Position numbers and translations under genes: made by a program. Shown in pieces: positions 23,975-35,699 of a DNA stretch of 64,000 nt. Each line of letters starts with the position of its first letter. The stretch's first letter is position 1. This stretch comes from Octopus bimaculoides (Eukaryota). The stretch is taken from contig NC_068999.1 of assembly GCF_001194135.2 (NCBI RefSeq), positions 33,220,010-33,284,009 on the forward strand. Reading direction: 5' to 3'. The notes beneath the pieces were generated by a model. The model searched no databases. It was not told where the DNA came from and saw only the letters and a list, made by a program, of their open reading frames with translations.

Positions 23975-24270
23975 CGAGGGTAAAGACCCACTTCGGTAAT
24001 GAATGACAACGGGATTGTACCTCGAAAGTTATCCTTCGAGGCACAAGTCCGGGCAAGGTTGTTTATGGAAGACCAGCTGTCGCCCATGCATACCAGCCTC
24101 ATCTCTCTATGCCACCGATGTTATCCAAGGAAAAGGCAAATGCCAATAGAGTTTGGCACCAATGACGTCACAATTCAATTCTACAGATGAGTGAATCGGA
24201 GCAAGGCGAAATAAAGTGTCTTGCTCAAGAACACAACATACAACTCGGTCTGGGAACCGAACTCAACCAA
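23975..24270 (-). mobile_element. SINE family D (central domain CTTGAGCAAGACACTTTATTTC)
   Basis: Shares its 5' block with the tRNA-headed copy at 29025-29140. Confidence 0.8.
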
Positions 24271-24302
24271 ACAAGTATTGACTAAGTTATTTGATAGCAT
24301 AA

Positions 24303-24499
24303 CCCTTTAGCATTTAAACCGGCCATATCCAGCCAAAATGTTCTCCCTATTTTATGTTCAAAATGGTCAGATTCAACCTTACACACTTTTCCTACAATGT
24401 CATTCAAAAAATAAACAGCCACATCATCAAAATCTCAAAGCTATGAGATGATAAATAATTAGTTGAAAATAATTTGGATAAACATTACGTTTGACAGGG
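24303..24499. mobile_element. piggyBac-like MITE
   Basis: CCC..GGG ends flanked by ATAA and TTAA; the right TIR is partly deleted. Confidence 0.6.
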
Positions 24500-24504
24500 T
24501 TAAA

Positions 24505-24620
24505 CTTAGTTGACCAAGGACAAGACCTCTGTTATGATGAAAGAAAAGCAAAAAAATACCGAGGCCTCAAACTACAGACCAATTACTTGTTTGCCACTAC
24601 TAAGGAAACTGAAAAGTATA
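24505..24620 (+). mobile_element. R4/Dong-like RT fragment
   Basis: SNYRPITCLPLL motif. Confidence 0.75.
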
Positions 24621-24624
24621 TTCG

Positions 24625-26000
24625 TGAATATGAACCCCAGAAGTTGTCAACCGCAACTGCAACAGAATGAGAGAATTCCCAGTCCTGTGAGTTGAGGAGT
24701 AGTGGAACTGCTGAGAAAGGGCCCGAACAAAGGGCATCATATGGATAATTTTCGGCCTGTTACTCTGCTAAATGCAGAGTTCAAGATTTTGGCCAAGATG
24801 TTTGCAAAGAGGTTGGCGCTTGTCATTGATGGTCTGATTGGTGAAGCACAGCTATGTGCCATCCCAAACAAATTCATCCCAAACAATCTTCATCTCATGC
24901 AATAAATTATATAAAGGGTAGATAACGGACCTGGTACTGATGAGTCTCTGATCAACCAAGATCAATCGAAAGCTTTTGATAAAGTCGACCATAAGTATTT
25001 GGTGGCTATTGCCAAAGTGTTTGGTTTCGACTCCGTTTTCAAGGGCTGGATAGTTTCAACATATGCTCCGTGGTCGGGGTAAATGACCACCTATCAGAAC
25101 AACTCAGTATCATGCACTCAGTTGCCAAGGTTGTCCCCTTTCGTCTCTTTTCTATGTATTGACTCTAGAAACACTATTATGGAAACTAGAAAGTAGAAAC
25201 GTTGAGGGACATCCCGCGCAAACTAGGATGTGGAAGATCTGTATCAGCATATGCAAGGTGATTAGCAGCGTTCTAAGAAAATACGAGGTGGTCGCTGGAG
25301 TAAAAATTAACCAGGAAAAAGTCAATGGGTCTGCAGTTAGGTACCTGGAGAGACAGGTCCATGCCGTTTAACAGTGTTGTGGAGTGATGGAAGGGCGGAA
25401 GGGTTGGGTGGCCAGTCTAATTCAGAAATGTCCTAAAAAGAAGTCATTCTCGAAAAGTCGGGTGGAGGCGGTGAATGCCTGCACCACATCCGTCATCTGT
25501 TGCCGCCTGACCATCGTGCCTTGCTCCGTTTCAAGTCTAAATAGGCTGGAGCGTCTGATCTTTTAATTTTTGTGCAGACGGTCCATTTGTTGTCGACACC
25601 TGCTGTTGGAAGGACTGGGTATACCGTGACAAATGATACTCAGACATATGCAGAGGTAGCGGCATCATATTTTCCCTCCACTGCTCACTATCAAGGTGAG
25701 CAGTGGCGGGAGAGCATAATAGCATCCTTGGAGAATCTCTGGGCATCGATGAACATCAATTGGCTGGTCTGATCCAGACGACTTTGGGATAATTACTCCA
25801 AATTTCTTGTCAGGCAATGTTACTGGAGGTGGGCGCATTTCCGGTTTGAGATAAACACAGTTTGCACGATAGTGCCGTGAGCTAGGCTTGTTCAAGTTGA
25901 CGAAACGGCAGACTGACGAAACTGTTCTGCACACACTCGCCCAGTGTCCAAGCATTGCCATTTTATGGGTTTATGTCGAACAATAGCTGTCAGATGTTTG
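24625..26000 (+). mobile_element. L1/Tx1-clade LINE RT and C-terminal fragment, degenerate
   Basis: NFRPVTLLNAEFKILAK, DQSKAFDKVDH, QGCPLS and DETVLHTLAQCP. Confidence 0.85.
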
Positions 26001-26518
26001 GGTTCATATCAATGCATGTGAATCATTGCTATTCTAGACAAAACATGATAAAATATTGCGTCTCTTCATGTAGCTAAAGAAAATAGCTAGATGGTTGTTC
26101 TGGAGAAGTTAATACTTTAGACTAGTAATTGTTGACAGAATTAACATATATCTATACATTCACGATCACTCTTGTAATATGAAACTGAGAATTTCGTTAC
26201 TATGCCTTTTGTAAATTTACATTCTTTCTTTTAACTTCAAGTAGAACTAGCTGTAACTGCACAGATATTGTCTGAAGCATGAAACACAGACAACATATTA
26301 AATTTAATGCAAAAGAATTAAAACCTTGATGTGTCAACATCGCATCTTTACAAGTTCATTGTAGTAAGCAGAAAGGTTGTTAATCTGATTATCACGATAT
26401 CAACTAGTCTGTAAGATACAGAAAACGTTTATTGACCTAAAGTGGAATAAAAAAAAACCAACAAAAAATTCAATACGAATTCAAGGTCCTTTTCATTATA
26501 ATTCACATTTAATTTGCA

Positions 26519-26519
<1 letters not shown>

Positions 26520-26554
<35 letters not shown>

Positions 26555-27880
26555 TCACTTTTACTACTTCTTATTTATCTATGCCACGTCTCAACTGCAT
26601 CCTGCAGCTTAAAGACGCAACACTTTTCTCAACACATGAGCTGTTTCAAATATTGTTGGTGATTAAATATTTCCTAAGAAGTTTGGAATTTGCAATTTTT
26701 GATGCCAGAATATTGCTCCGATCACAATGGGTACTACATTCACTATTGAGACTGTATGGATTCTTTTCACTTTCAATCCTAAGTTTTGGTACTTCTAAAC
26801 TTTCTTGTCCTCTGTCTTCACAATATTCTGGTCTGCAGGTGTAGCTACATCGATGAAGGTCCGATCTTTGGACTTCTTCAGTATGAGAGTGATATCTGGT
26901 CAGTTATGTTCCAGCTTTTTGTCTGTGTATATTGGCATATCCCATATGACTTCACCTGAACATTCTCAGCTACAGGCAAAGGTTGGTGCTCATACTACTT
27001 GTTGGAGCATTCTAGCCCATACTTCTTGCACCGCCACTTTGTCATTGCGTTTTTGTACTCCTTTTGGGCTAATTTTGAGCATCCACTAATTATATATCTA
27101 AGTGTTTCAGATGATTTTCCACATAGTCTACAAACAGGTAATAATGTTGTCTTACCAATGCTACACTTGACTGAGTTAGCTTGTAAAGCATGTTCTTGAG
27201 CAGCAATAATCAGTTCTTCTGCCTTCTTTAAAAAAAACCATGTCTGAACCATCTCCAGGATTCTTCACCAGCTTCATTCACTGTTTGCTGGAAAAACTCT
27301 CCATGTAGGACTTTCTCTTTCCAGTTGACCTTTTCCCTCTTAGTCCTCATATTGTACTCCTGGAGGGTCTCACCGTTGTAACTGATCACCTTCTCTCTCA
27401 GTGCAGTCAGTAACATTACTTCATCAGATAGGCATGCAAGAACTTGATTTCGTTCACAATACTATCCTCTATGACAACCAGTCCTCTTTCACCTTTCTTC
27501 CTACGTAAGCAATGCCTTGCTGTGTTACTTTTAGTTTGAAGGCACCCATGCATAACCATTACTTTTTTAGTTTTTCTATCCATGTTGACAAGTTCTTCCT
27601 TTGGCCATTCCACGACTCTTGCATAGTAACATGTCACATCTACAGCCCACGTGTTGATGCCTCTAATCGGGTTCCTTCCATTTAACTTAGACTCACATAA
27701 CTTTTTCCTCCCTCATCTTGGTGTTCTACATCTAGCCTAGTTGTAAAACAATTAAATAAAATTTTTCGCCACCCCGACCATCACCAGGCATTTCAGAATT
27801 CACGAGTGAGGAACAATATTATATGCCTTCTTATCGTCGATCCTTCTTACAGTCAGTCCAAGCCAGTTATAGGCTTGTCA
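26520..27880 (-). mobile_element. R4/Dong-like RLE LINE, 5'-truncated, with (ATG)n tail
   Basis: KKAYNIVPHS*ILKCL; EWPKEELVNMDRKT; LHGEFF; CRLCGKSSETLRYIISGC; (CAT)n at 26520-26553 on +. Confidence 0.88.
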
Positions 27881-27916
27881 TATTATTGTTACCATTGCTC
27901 TTGTTGTCGTTATATC

Positions 27917-28131
27917 AGGTGTTTGACTGGCAGAAACATTAACGCGTCAGATAAAATGCTTAGCGGCATTTCATCTGGCTCTTAAGGCTTTGAGTGCAAA
28001 TGTCACAGAGGTCATCTTAGACTTTCGTCCTTTCGGAATCGATAAAACAAAGAGATGATATCATCGATGTAATCGACTATTTCTGTCCCTCTAAAATTGC
28101 TGCCCTTGTGCTAAAATTTGAAACTATTATT
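27917..28131 (+). mobile_element. SINE family A
   Basis: Head, body and tail are present. Confidence 0.85.
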
Positions 28132-28325
28132 AAGGCGGTGAGCTGGCGGAATCGTTACCACACCGGACAAAATGCTTAGCGGTATTTCTTCCGACTCTTT
28201 ACCTTCTGAGTTCAAATGCCGCCGAGTTAGACTTTGCTTTTCATCCTTTCAGGGTCCATAAAACAAAGTAATCGACTTAGCCCCCAACATTTCAGAACCA
28301 CCTATGCTTAAAGTAGAAAGAATCA
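28132..28325 (+). mobile_element. SINE family A
   Basis: GGCGGTGAGCTGGCGGAATCG head; B-box GAGTTCAAATGCC. Confidence 0.9.
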
Positions 28326-28347
28326 TCATCAACAATAATAATGATAA

Positions 28348-28562
28348 TCCTTTCAACTAAAGGCACAAGGCCTGAAATTTTAGGGGAGGGGACTAGTCGA
28401 TTACATCGACTTCAGTATTTCACTGGTACTTAATTTATCGACCCCGAAAGGATGAAAGGCAAAGTCGACCTTGGCGGAGTTTGAGCTCAGAACGTAAAGA
28501 TGGGCGAAATACCGCTGAGTATTTTGCCCGACGTGATTAACGATTCTACCAGCTCGTCGCTA
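28348..28562 (-). mobile_element. SINE family A, tail-to-tail with the previous copy
   Basis: Full-length reverse copy sharing the trinucleotide tail. Confidence 0.9.
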
Positions 28563-28589
28563 TGACTCCCGTCGATTTCGACGTATGAG

Positions 28590-28990
28590 TATTTGAAGAA
28601 AGGATTATGGATGTATGAATATAATTTGAGTCCAGGTACGGATTTTGCAATGAAGTTACAATGAGGACAATGATGATTTTGATTTTGCCTGGAATTAGAC
28701 AAATGTGTCTGTTGATTGCAGGGTATAACGCTTTTATTGTTCTGTTTCTTCAACTCAAATTGTTTTGATGCATCATGACACATTTTATGCCAGGCAGATA
28801 GATCTATGCAATAACTTACCCAAGATCTAGAGATTTTAGTGATTGTTTCAATTTATCCTTATACTTAAGGATGACTCTTCTTTTACCGCGATATTCCTCT
28901 GCTTGTTGACCATACGGAAGAATTTCTGGAATGCGACATCTTTCATTTGAACAACATATCCTACCTAGTTGCATTGAATTCTTAAAAACA
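28590..28990 (-). mobile_element. RTE-clade LINE 3' end with terminal C2H2-like finger
   Basis: RIPEILPYGQ..KYKDKLKQSLK; DLSAWHKMCHDASKQFE; HCPHCNFIAKSVPGLK. Confidence 0.8.
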
Positions 28991-29024
28991 TGCTTTTGAT
29001 ACTGGATATATCACATATTTTAAA

Positions 29025-29140
29025 AGGCGCATAGCTTAGTCGTTAGAACGCTGGCTTACAATCGTGAGGTTGTAAGTTCGATTCCCGGGCCGGGATGTAT
29101 GCTGTGTTCTTGAGCAAGACACTTTATTTCACGTTTTTCC
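29025..29140 (+). mobile_element. SINE family D head (tRNA-like)
   Basis: A-box TAGCTTAGTCG, B-box GTTCGATTCCC, then CTTGAGCAAGACAC. Confidence 0.85.
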
Positions 29141-29371
29141 TCGTCCCCTGTGTAATGTTAATTTACTAATCCAGTACTATAACGCATGACTGTAACTACC
29201 CACATATTGATAACTTGTACGCAATATCTATCTCTCTCTCTATATATAGGTTGTTTCTTGTTTTTCTGTGTAATGCATATCTATTTAATAATTTGTCTAA
29301 TTTGTTATTCCAGCACTGTAACGCCCGACTGCAACAGCCCACATATTAATAACGTAGCGATAACTTGTACA

Positions 29372-29437
<66 letters not shown>

Positions 29438-29479
29438 TAACGCATTTCTCCTGAGCCAAGACCATCTTAACTGATCACC

Positions 29480-30200
29480 AAGAGCATGACCTGTCTCATA
29501 AATTTAGTATTCTCCAATGTACAGGCGCATACTTAGAGCAGTTGCACTCACTTTAACTACTTTCGCTTTCGCCACCCACTTGTTGGGAAAATTCACTGTA
29601 GGAGAACATTAGAGCATTTGTATCGCTACCTTCACTTTTCTTTCCTTGTGGAACTTGAGTCCTTGCTCGAAGAGGAATATCTGTACTCAATCCTTTTAAC
29701 CTTGTACACCTCACAATTCTTTCACCGTAGCCACTAGCCAGAGGAACAGTATCTGCTTGCCTCATTAGAACAGGGTGATGGAGCGATCTTCATAATAGTC
29801 TCGATCGGTAGCTGGATCCGCCCTACATTGCACAATATCAGCAATGTTCTGATATGGTTCGTGTGCGTGTCGCACGGTTTCGTAGCTTTCCGCGCATTTC
29901 GGACAATCCAACCTAGCGGTAATTCCGTTTCTCTAGAGTATATCTCGGACCGTTAGTAAACCTTGGCAGTACTATTAGAGCAAAGACTCCTGGAAGTTAT
30001 CCATAGTTTTCGTCCGTCGTTGAGTCCTAAAGTTTCCCCGAGGATGTCTATGTTCTTATCCATCACTAGTCCTCTATATATTGTTAAGGAGGAACTTCCA
30101 CCGACCGCATTACTTCTTTGGCAGAGAACGATAAACGTCTGATGATATTCCAGATGCTAGACACTCAGTCATGGTTTTTTGTTTAACCAGGACTGCAGCT
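29480..30200 (-). mobile_element. L1/Tx1-clade LINE 3' fragment
   Basis: CPKCAESYETVRH..GKQILFLWLVATVKE..KWVAKAKVVKV; same type as 24625-26000. Confidence 0.7.
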
Positions 30201-30689
30201 CCATCAAATAATATTGATGATGATACGATCGAAACGAATGAAGTCACTGACAGCAACGACGTCACTGTCCGTTGGGACATGCCTATTCACGTTGATGGAG
30301 CAATAAAAATAAACAAGTTTTGACTTCAGATATTCAAGTATTGAAGTATGTCATGATCTAGAAAATAAAAGTTCTTGTTGCCACAAAATATATGATGAAA
30401 AGAGAAAAGGAAAAAATAAAACCGTTTATTTACTTCTTGATAGAACTTATAAGTTTAATGCAAATGTGTTTAATGCATATGTGTTTCATTTAAATCCATT
30501 AGAGTATTATATTGTTTTTGCCATTACTTAATTATTTCGAGAATCAAGTCAATAAAGATCAATCAATCATATTCTATTGATTATTATATTTCATAAGTGC
30601 ACTTTTGATTAACGTAGTACCACCATGGGATTAATTAACTGAACTAGAAAGTGGTATGATCAACTAAACACGGGCATGGACAATGACTG

Positions 30690-31225
30690 TATCACCAGTC
30701 TCTGGGACATAACCATCCACGTTGACATAAAGATAAAAACTAAGAGCTAAGTATAGATACTAGATTTATCCCCACCTGTAGGACTTGAATGCCTTTAGTA
30801 GAGTTCACTCTATTGCGGGCATTCAAAACAGTTCTCCACTTTGAGGATATCTTCTGCCCTCCTTCCTGGTTCTTCAAAGTGCCATTGGGTACCGCTCTTC
30901 CTTCTTGACTTAAAGATAAAAAAAGAAAGCCCGATATCGTTATCAACGACAAGAAGGGAAGGTGATGCATACTTATCGACATTGCAAAACTTACCGAAAG
31001 AAATACCTCCTCAAGAGTCTCTGAGGAGTTGACCCAGAAATCGAAACCAACAGAATGTTAAATATGGAGATCGAAATAATTTCGGTGTTTTAAGACTCAT
31101 GAAAAAGAGAATGGATAACTTCACTAACAGTGCCATAGCTAACGTTAGTATCTACACTGTTCAGAATGTAACCCTACTCGGAAAGACCCACATAATACGG
31201 AAGCTACTGTTAATCCAGTGACATT
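30690..31225 (+). mobile_element. R4/Dong-like RLE 3' fragment interrupted by a 171-bp insertion
   Basis: SLWDITIHVDIKIK|KRKPDIVINDKK..CILIDIA is restored when 30740-30910 and one TSD copy are removed. Confidence 0.8.
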
Positions 31226-31331
31226 TTCACCATAGTGCCTCAGGCTAGTAGTTTGAATCCGTGCCTTCAGGATATCAAAATGAAGCTCAAAAGAAATAGG
31301 CTAAAAATAGGTGAAATACATCAACAAGGAT

Positions 31332-31415
31332 ATGGGCACAGGTATGGCTGTGTGGTTAAGTTTACTCAGCAACCACTTGGTTTGGGGTTCGATCCCACGC
31401 TGTAGCACCTTGACC
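31332..31415 (+). mobile_element. SINE family B head, degenerate
   Basis: ATGGCTGTGTGGTTAAG..GGGTTCGATCCC. Confidence 0.7.
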
Positions 31416-32629
31416 ATAGTGTTTCTCATAGAGAGGTATCAGGTTTCCTGGTCGTAGTGAGAGTCAGAATTCAAAAGGGAGAAACAAACAAATTGTTATA
31501 TCTACGACTGCCCTAGTTTTTCCAAATTTCGATTTACCTTAACACCTCCCAATTTTTGTTTTTAACTTCTTCCGATTTTTCTAAAAGCATTCCGCAAAAA
31601 AATACAGATTCTTTTTTTTTAATTTCATTTAAAAACCAAATTCCACGTCTGTTCATTTGTGCATGTATGGATACCTGCTGAACCACCACTTGTCATTTAT
31701 AAAGTCTCAATGCAGTCACTTGAGATGCTAGAAATAACAAAAAAATTCCATCACTTTTCCTTTTTTCTTAATAATAATTTCGAATTTCTACGTTTCAAAC
31801 AACGGAAATTACGGTTTTATTCCACACCACATTAAAAAAAAAAACAGCATTTTAAAATATTAATTTACCACAACTCTATTCCCAGTCCGCCGCTTCGCGT
31901 GAAGACGTGTCCCGGAAACCTTATTATCAGGAATAAGTATTTTTATGCAATATACTGAGTTCGAAAGACATAAATTATTTACTGGAAAATTTACGGGCTT
32001 GAGCAATGTTTAGCGTTATATGTGCTGGCATTGAGACGGAATGGGGTAGTAAATTAAGTGATTTTTGGTTTTCTGTTTTTATGCGACTGAAAATTGACAT
32101 TATTTATAAACCTATTTGATGTTTAAACTCACTTCATTTTAATGTTTCATTGTAATAGCTACTCCCTGGAAGGAAGAGTGATCGAATAATATATTGAATA
32201 ACCGCTTATAAAAAAAAAAATTCCATTAAACTGATAATCATGATAGACGGGTGTAATTAGGTATTGTAACTTTTCATTTGATTTATCAAAAGTATTGATT
32301 TGTCTGGAACCATGTGTAAAATTTAGCTTTTTTCTTTGTTTTGCTTTCGATAACGCTTTATAGATTAAAAAACCCCCCAGAAACTTAGCTTAATAGCCTT
32401 AATAGTTTACGTTCAATATATTCAATAGCACAAAATGTGATCTATATCGAGATGATGGGATAATCGTTACACAACATATTAGATAGAGTGACAAAAGATT
32501 TCTTCGTTGAGGCTTTCAAGGGAAAATGTAAATTAACCTCAGTTCTTATATGAACCGGCATGTAAGATGGTGACAGGCGTAGATTTCTAGGATTACATGC
32601 AAACATACATACATACATACATACATACA

Positions 32630-33100
32630 TATGTTAACACCGAAGATATCACCAACATCATAAGCAGTTGTCCAAAAATGTCATGTTGTAGCTAGGACAC
32701 TCTATAATGAAATCCGTCGGAAGGATAACCCCGAGGACAAAGAAATAAGAACCCACAGTATGGTAGAAGCCATAGCCACTCATAATGAAAAGGAGTACTG
32801 GTGGAATGTCCCAGTGAAGACCTCAATAAAATGTAAGCACAACAGACCTAATATAATAATATGGGATACAGATGAGAAACTATGTACAGTTGTGGAAATT
32901 AGCTGCCCAGCAGATGCTAACATAAAGGTGAAGATCAGTGGAAAAGAGAATACCTATGCTAAACTATTGAGAATTCTGCAGTTACTCTATTCAGATTACA
33001 AGTTCAGGTTTATACCTGTAATTAATGGAGCCCTGGAATATGTACCACACTTCCTAAGTACCAATCTTGAGAAATTAGGCTTCTCAAAAACCAGATAGGA
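32630..33100 (+). mobile_element. RLE-type LINE C-terminal endonuclease fragment (R4-like)
   Basis: EDITNIISSCPK; HNRPNIIIWD..VVEISCP; FIPVINGALEYV. Confidence 0.85.
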
Positions 33101-33533
33101 GAAAGCTAATTCGCTGGAACTGCAAAATTCTGCAAAACTTTCCAGAATATATATAAGCATATATATAAGCCTACATATGCAAGTGTATGCATGAGAATAC
33201 ATACATAAAGCAAAACATACAAATCTGCACACATACATACATATATACATACATAATACATACATACATACATACATACATAATACATACATACATACAT
33301 ACATACATACTCTATTGTTGATGTTGAAATTCCAGTGAAGGAGCCTTGGATCTAAGTTAGAGACCGACTCTTTCTCTATTGGCAAGAAATCTTGAAATAA
33401 AACTGAATAATGACATACATTCGTACGTAGTTACGTACGAATGTATGTGTGTGCCTGTACGTGCGTGTGTGTACATGCAGACACACATATATATACATAC
33501 AGAATTTATGTATGTATGCATGTATGTATGTAA

Positions 33534-33564
<31 letters not shown>

Positions 33565-33716
33565 TGTATGTATGTATGTATCTGTTTATATCTGTCTGTC
33601 TCTCTATCTGTCTATCTATCAATCTATCTACCTATTCACACACACACACACACATACACGTAAGAATCGAACAATGAGAACGAGTGCTCAACACTACTTT
33701 GGTGGTTAAAGATTCT

Positions 33717-33860
33717 TTATTCGTGCATTAAGGATACCAGTGTTTTCATGTTAAGAAAGCCTTTAACAATTATCAAGCTTGTCACATGGAATATCGGTGT
33801 TCGTCTCCATTTTGAATTAAAACACGAAAAGTCACGTAAAATCACGATAAAAACCACGCG
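33717..33860 (+). repeat. Unclassified ~130-bp repeat with an inverted homolog at 39790-39930
   Basis: TTCGTCTCCATT..TTAAAACACGAAAAG.CACGTAAAATCAC is shared in opposite orientation. Confidence 0.8.
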
Positions 33861-34154
33861 AGATTCTTTGGTAAGCAAAAAACAAGACATCAGTGGGAAC
33901 AAGTCTTGGGTGAACATTTCCCTTGGAATCGACTTTTGGAAAAATTGAATTCATTCGAATTTTTCTCACCTATATGGATTTTAGTGCTGTTGTGTGTATA
34001 CACAACAGCACTAAAATTCAAAATTTGTGTATTTAATAGTTCGTATTTACATATATTACTCTTTTACTCTTTTATTTATTTCAGTCATTTGACTGTGGCC
34101 AAGCTGGAGCACCGCCTTTAGTCGAACAAATTCGACTCCAGATATTATTCTTTG

Positions 34155-34416
34155 TGTTGTATTTCCCTCGGAAGACTCATAGAGATAACACAACGAGTTG
34201 TACAATTTAATTATTACATTTATTATTCAATTACATACAAAGAACGCACTCACCCAATGTTCGTTATGAATAAACAAAAGTCATGTCCGCCATATCTGTT
34301 AATGACCTTTTACCACGACAGTCACACAAGACAACAACAATGAAACAATGAACTCAGACGAACCACATGACACACGGAACGTCAGACGAATTACATATCT
34401 AACAGTCCATATAACA
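34155..34416 (-). mobile_element. Solo LTR (262 bp)
   Basis: TGTTGTA..TATAACA inverted termini; 5-bp TSD CTTTG at 34150-34154 and 34417-34421; AATAAA on -. Confidence 0.85.
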
Positions 34417-34424
34417 CTTTGTAA

Positions 34425-34698
34425 CATTATTTACATTATTTACTTTTGACAAATATTTGTCCTCATCTTGTTTATTGTTAACACAACGTTTCGGCTGATA
34501 TAACCTCCAGCCTTCATCAGGTGTCTTGGGGAAATTTCGAACCTGGGTTCTCATTCCTAAGGTATTTTTCGATGTTGTTATCATTAGCATTATTATTCAT
34601 GTCATTACGCCATATCCCTGTGGGCATATGGCGTAGTGGTTACGAGCTCGAGCTACTAACCCCATGATTCTGAGTTCGATTCCAGGCAGTGACCTGAA

Positions 34699-34739
<41 letters not shown>

Positions 34740-34932
34740 ATAATAATAATAATAATAACATCGAAAAATACCATAGGAATGAGAATCCAGGTTCTAAATT
34801 TCCCCAAGACACCTGATGGAGGCTGGTGGGTATATCAGCCGAAACGTTGTGTTAACAAAAAACAAGATGAGAACAAATGTCTGTCAAATGTAAATAATGT
34901 ACATAATTCCTCATCTCTTAAATATAGAACTG
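34425..34932. mobile_element. Head-to-head inverted dimer of a tRNA-headed SINE with a PLE-type hammerhead tail
   Basis: tRNA-like head 34622-34694 (A-box TGGCGTAGTGG, B-box GTTCGATTCC); ~150-bp inverted arms; 15-bp TSD TATTATTCTTTGTAA. Confidence 0.85.
34480..34527 (-). ncRNA. Minimal type I hammerhead ribozyme-like motif
   Basis: GACAC-CTGATGA-A-GGCTG(10 nt)CAGCC-GAAACGTT-GTGTT. Confidence 0.6.
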
Positions 34933-35699
34933 TATTATTCTTTGTAAACGTAGTACTTATTTTATCGGTCACTTTTGCCGAACCGCTAAGTTACGGGGAC
35001 GTAGACACACCAACATCGGTTGTCAAGCGGTGGTGGGAGGACAAACACAGACACACAAACATATATATATATACACAGTTGAAATTTATAGAAAAACAAA
35101 AGACGAAGACAGGTGTAAGAACAACAAGGAGGTGTATTAGTATGACGCTCGGAAGTGTAAAAGCATTTTAGGATTCGAGCCTACATTCTTCAACAGAAAG
35201 GAATAAAAGAAAATAAACAGAGAATAAAAAAAAACTGTTGGATTTAGTGGTCAAGCATGGCGACTGGTTACAAAAAGAAAATTTGAATGCAGAGGTTGAA
35301 AGAAGGGGATATTGCTAATCCCAAAACGAAGGTGCGCGCGAGTATGTGTATGTGAGAATGTGTAAGTGTGTGTGTGTAGATAGGAGCTAGTAACTTCTAC
35401 CTGTATAGCTGTGTGCGTGTGTAACTATGTGCGTTTGTAACGTGTGGCTGCTCGTATAGTGTTATGTGTAGTGATACTATTGAAGATTGTGTGAATGCGT
35501 GGATGATGGTGTGTGGGTGTGCAGATGATGGTGTCTGGTGTGGGTGCTGGGAAGTGGTCAGTGCTAGTGTGTGTAGTGTGGTGTGGTGGTGTGGGGTGGG
35601 GTGGTTGTGGTGGTCGGGATATCGATATAAGAGTAGGACTAGGATGTGAGGTGGGTGGAGCGGGGGTGGTATCAATGAAGAGAGAAGATGAGTAGGAGT

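Larger units (their letters stand above)
34057..35077 (-). mobile_element. SINE family B (tail and middle) interrupted by two nested insertions
   Basis: Tail TACTCTTTTACTCTTTT.. at 34057-34154; body resumes at 34933 with ..GCCGAACCGCTAAGTTACGGGGACG. Confidence 0.9.

Noticed and set aside
29148-29372. Degenerate ~70-bp direct repeat pair
   Set aside because: Consistent with an ordinary local duplication; no further structure.
31416-32440. AT-rich segments resembling non-autonomous DNA transposon interiors (also 180-690 and 5500-5900)
   Set aside because: No TIR pair or TSD could be identified.
33748-33948. ORF with KLVTWNI (APE-like start) and a TTG|GTAAGC donor suggesting a first exon
   Set aside because: No further APE motifs, and the region is a dispersed repeat with a homolog at 39790-39930.
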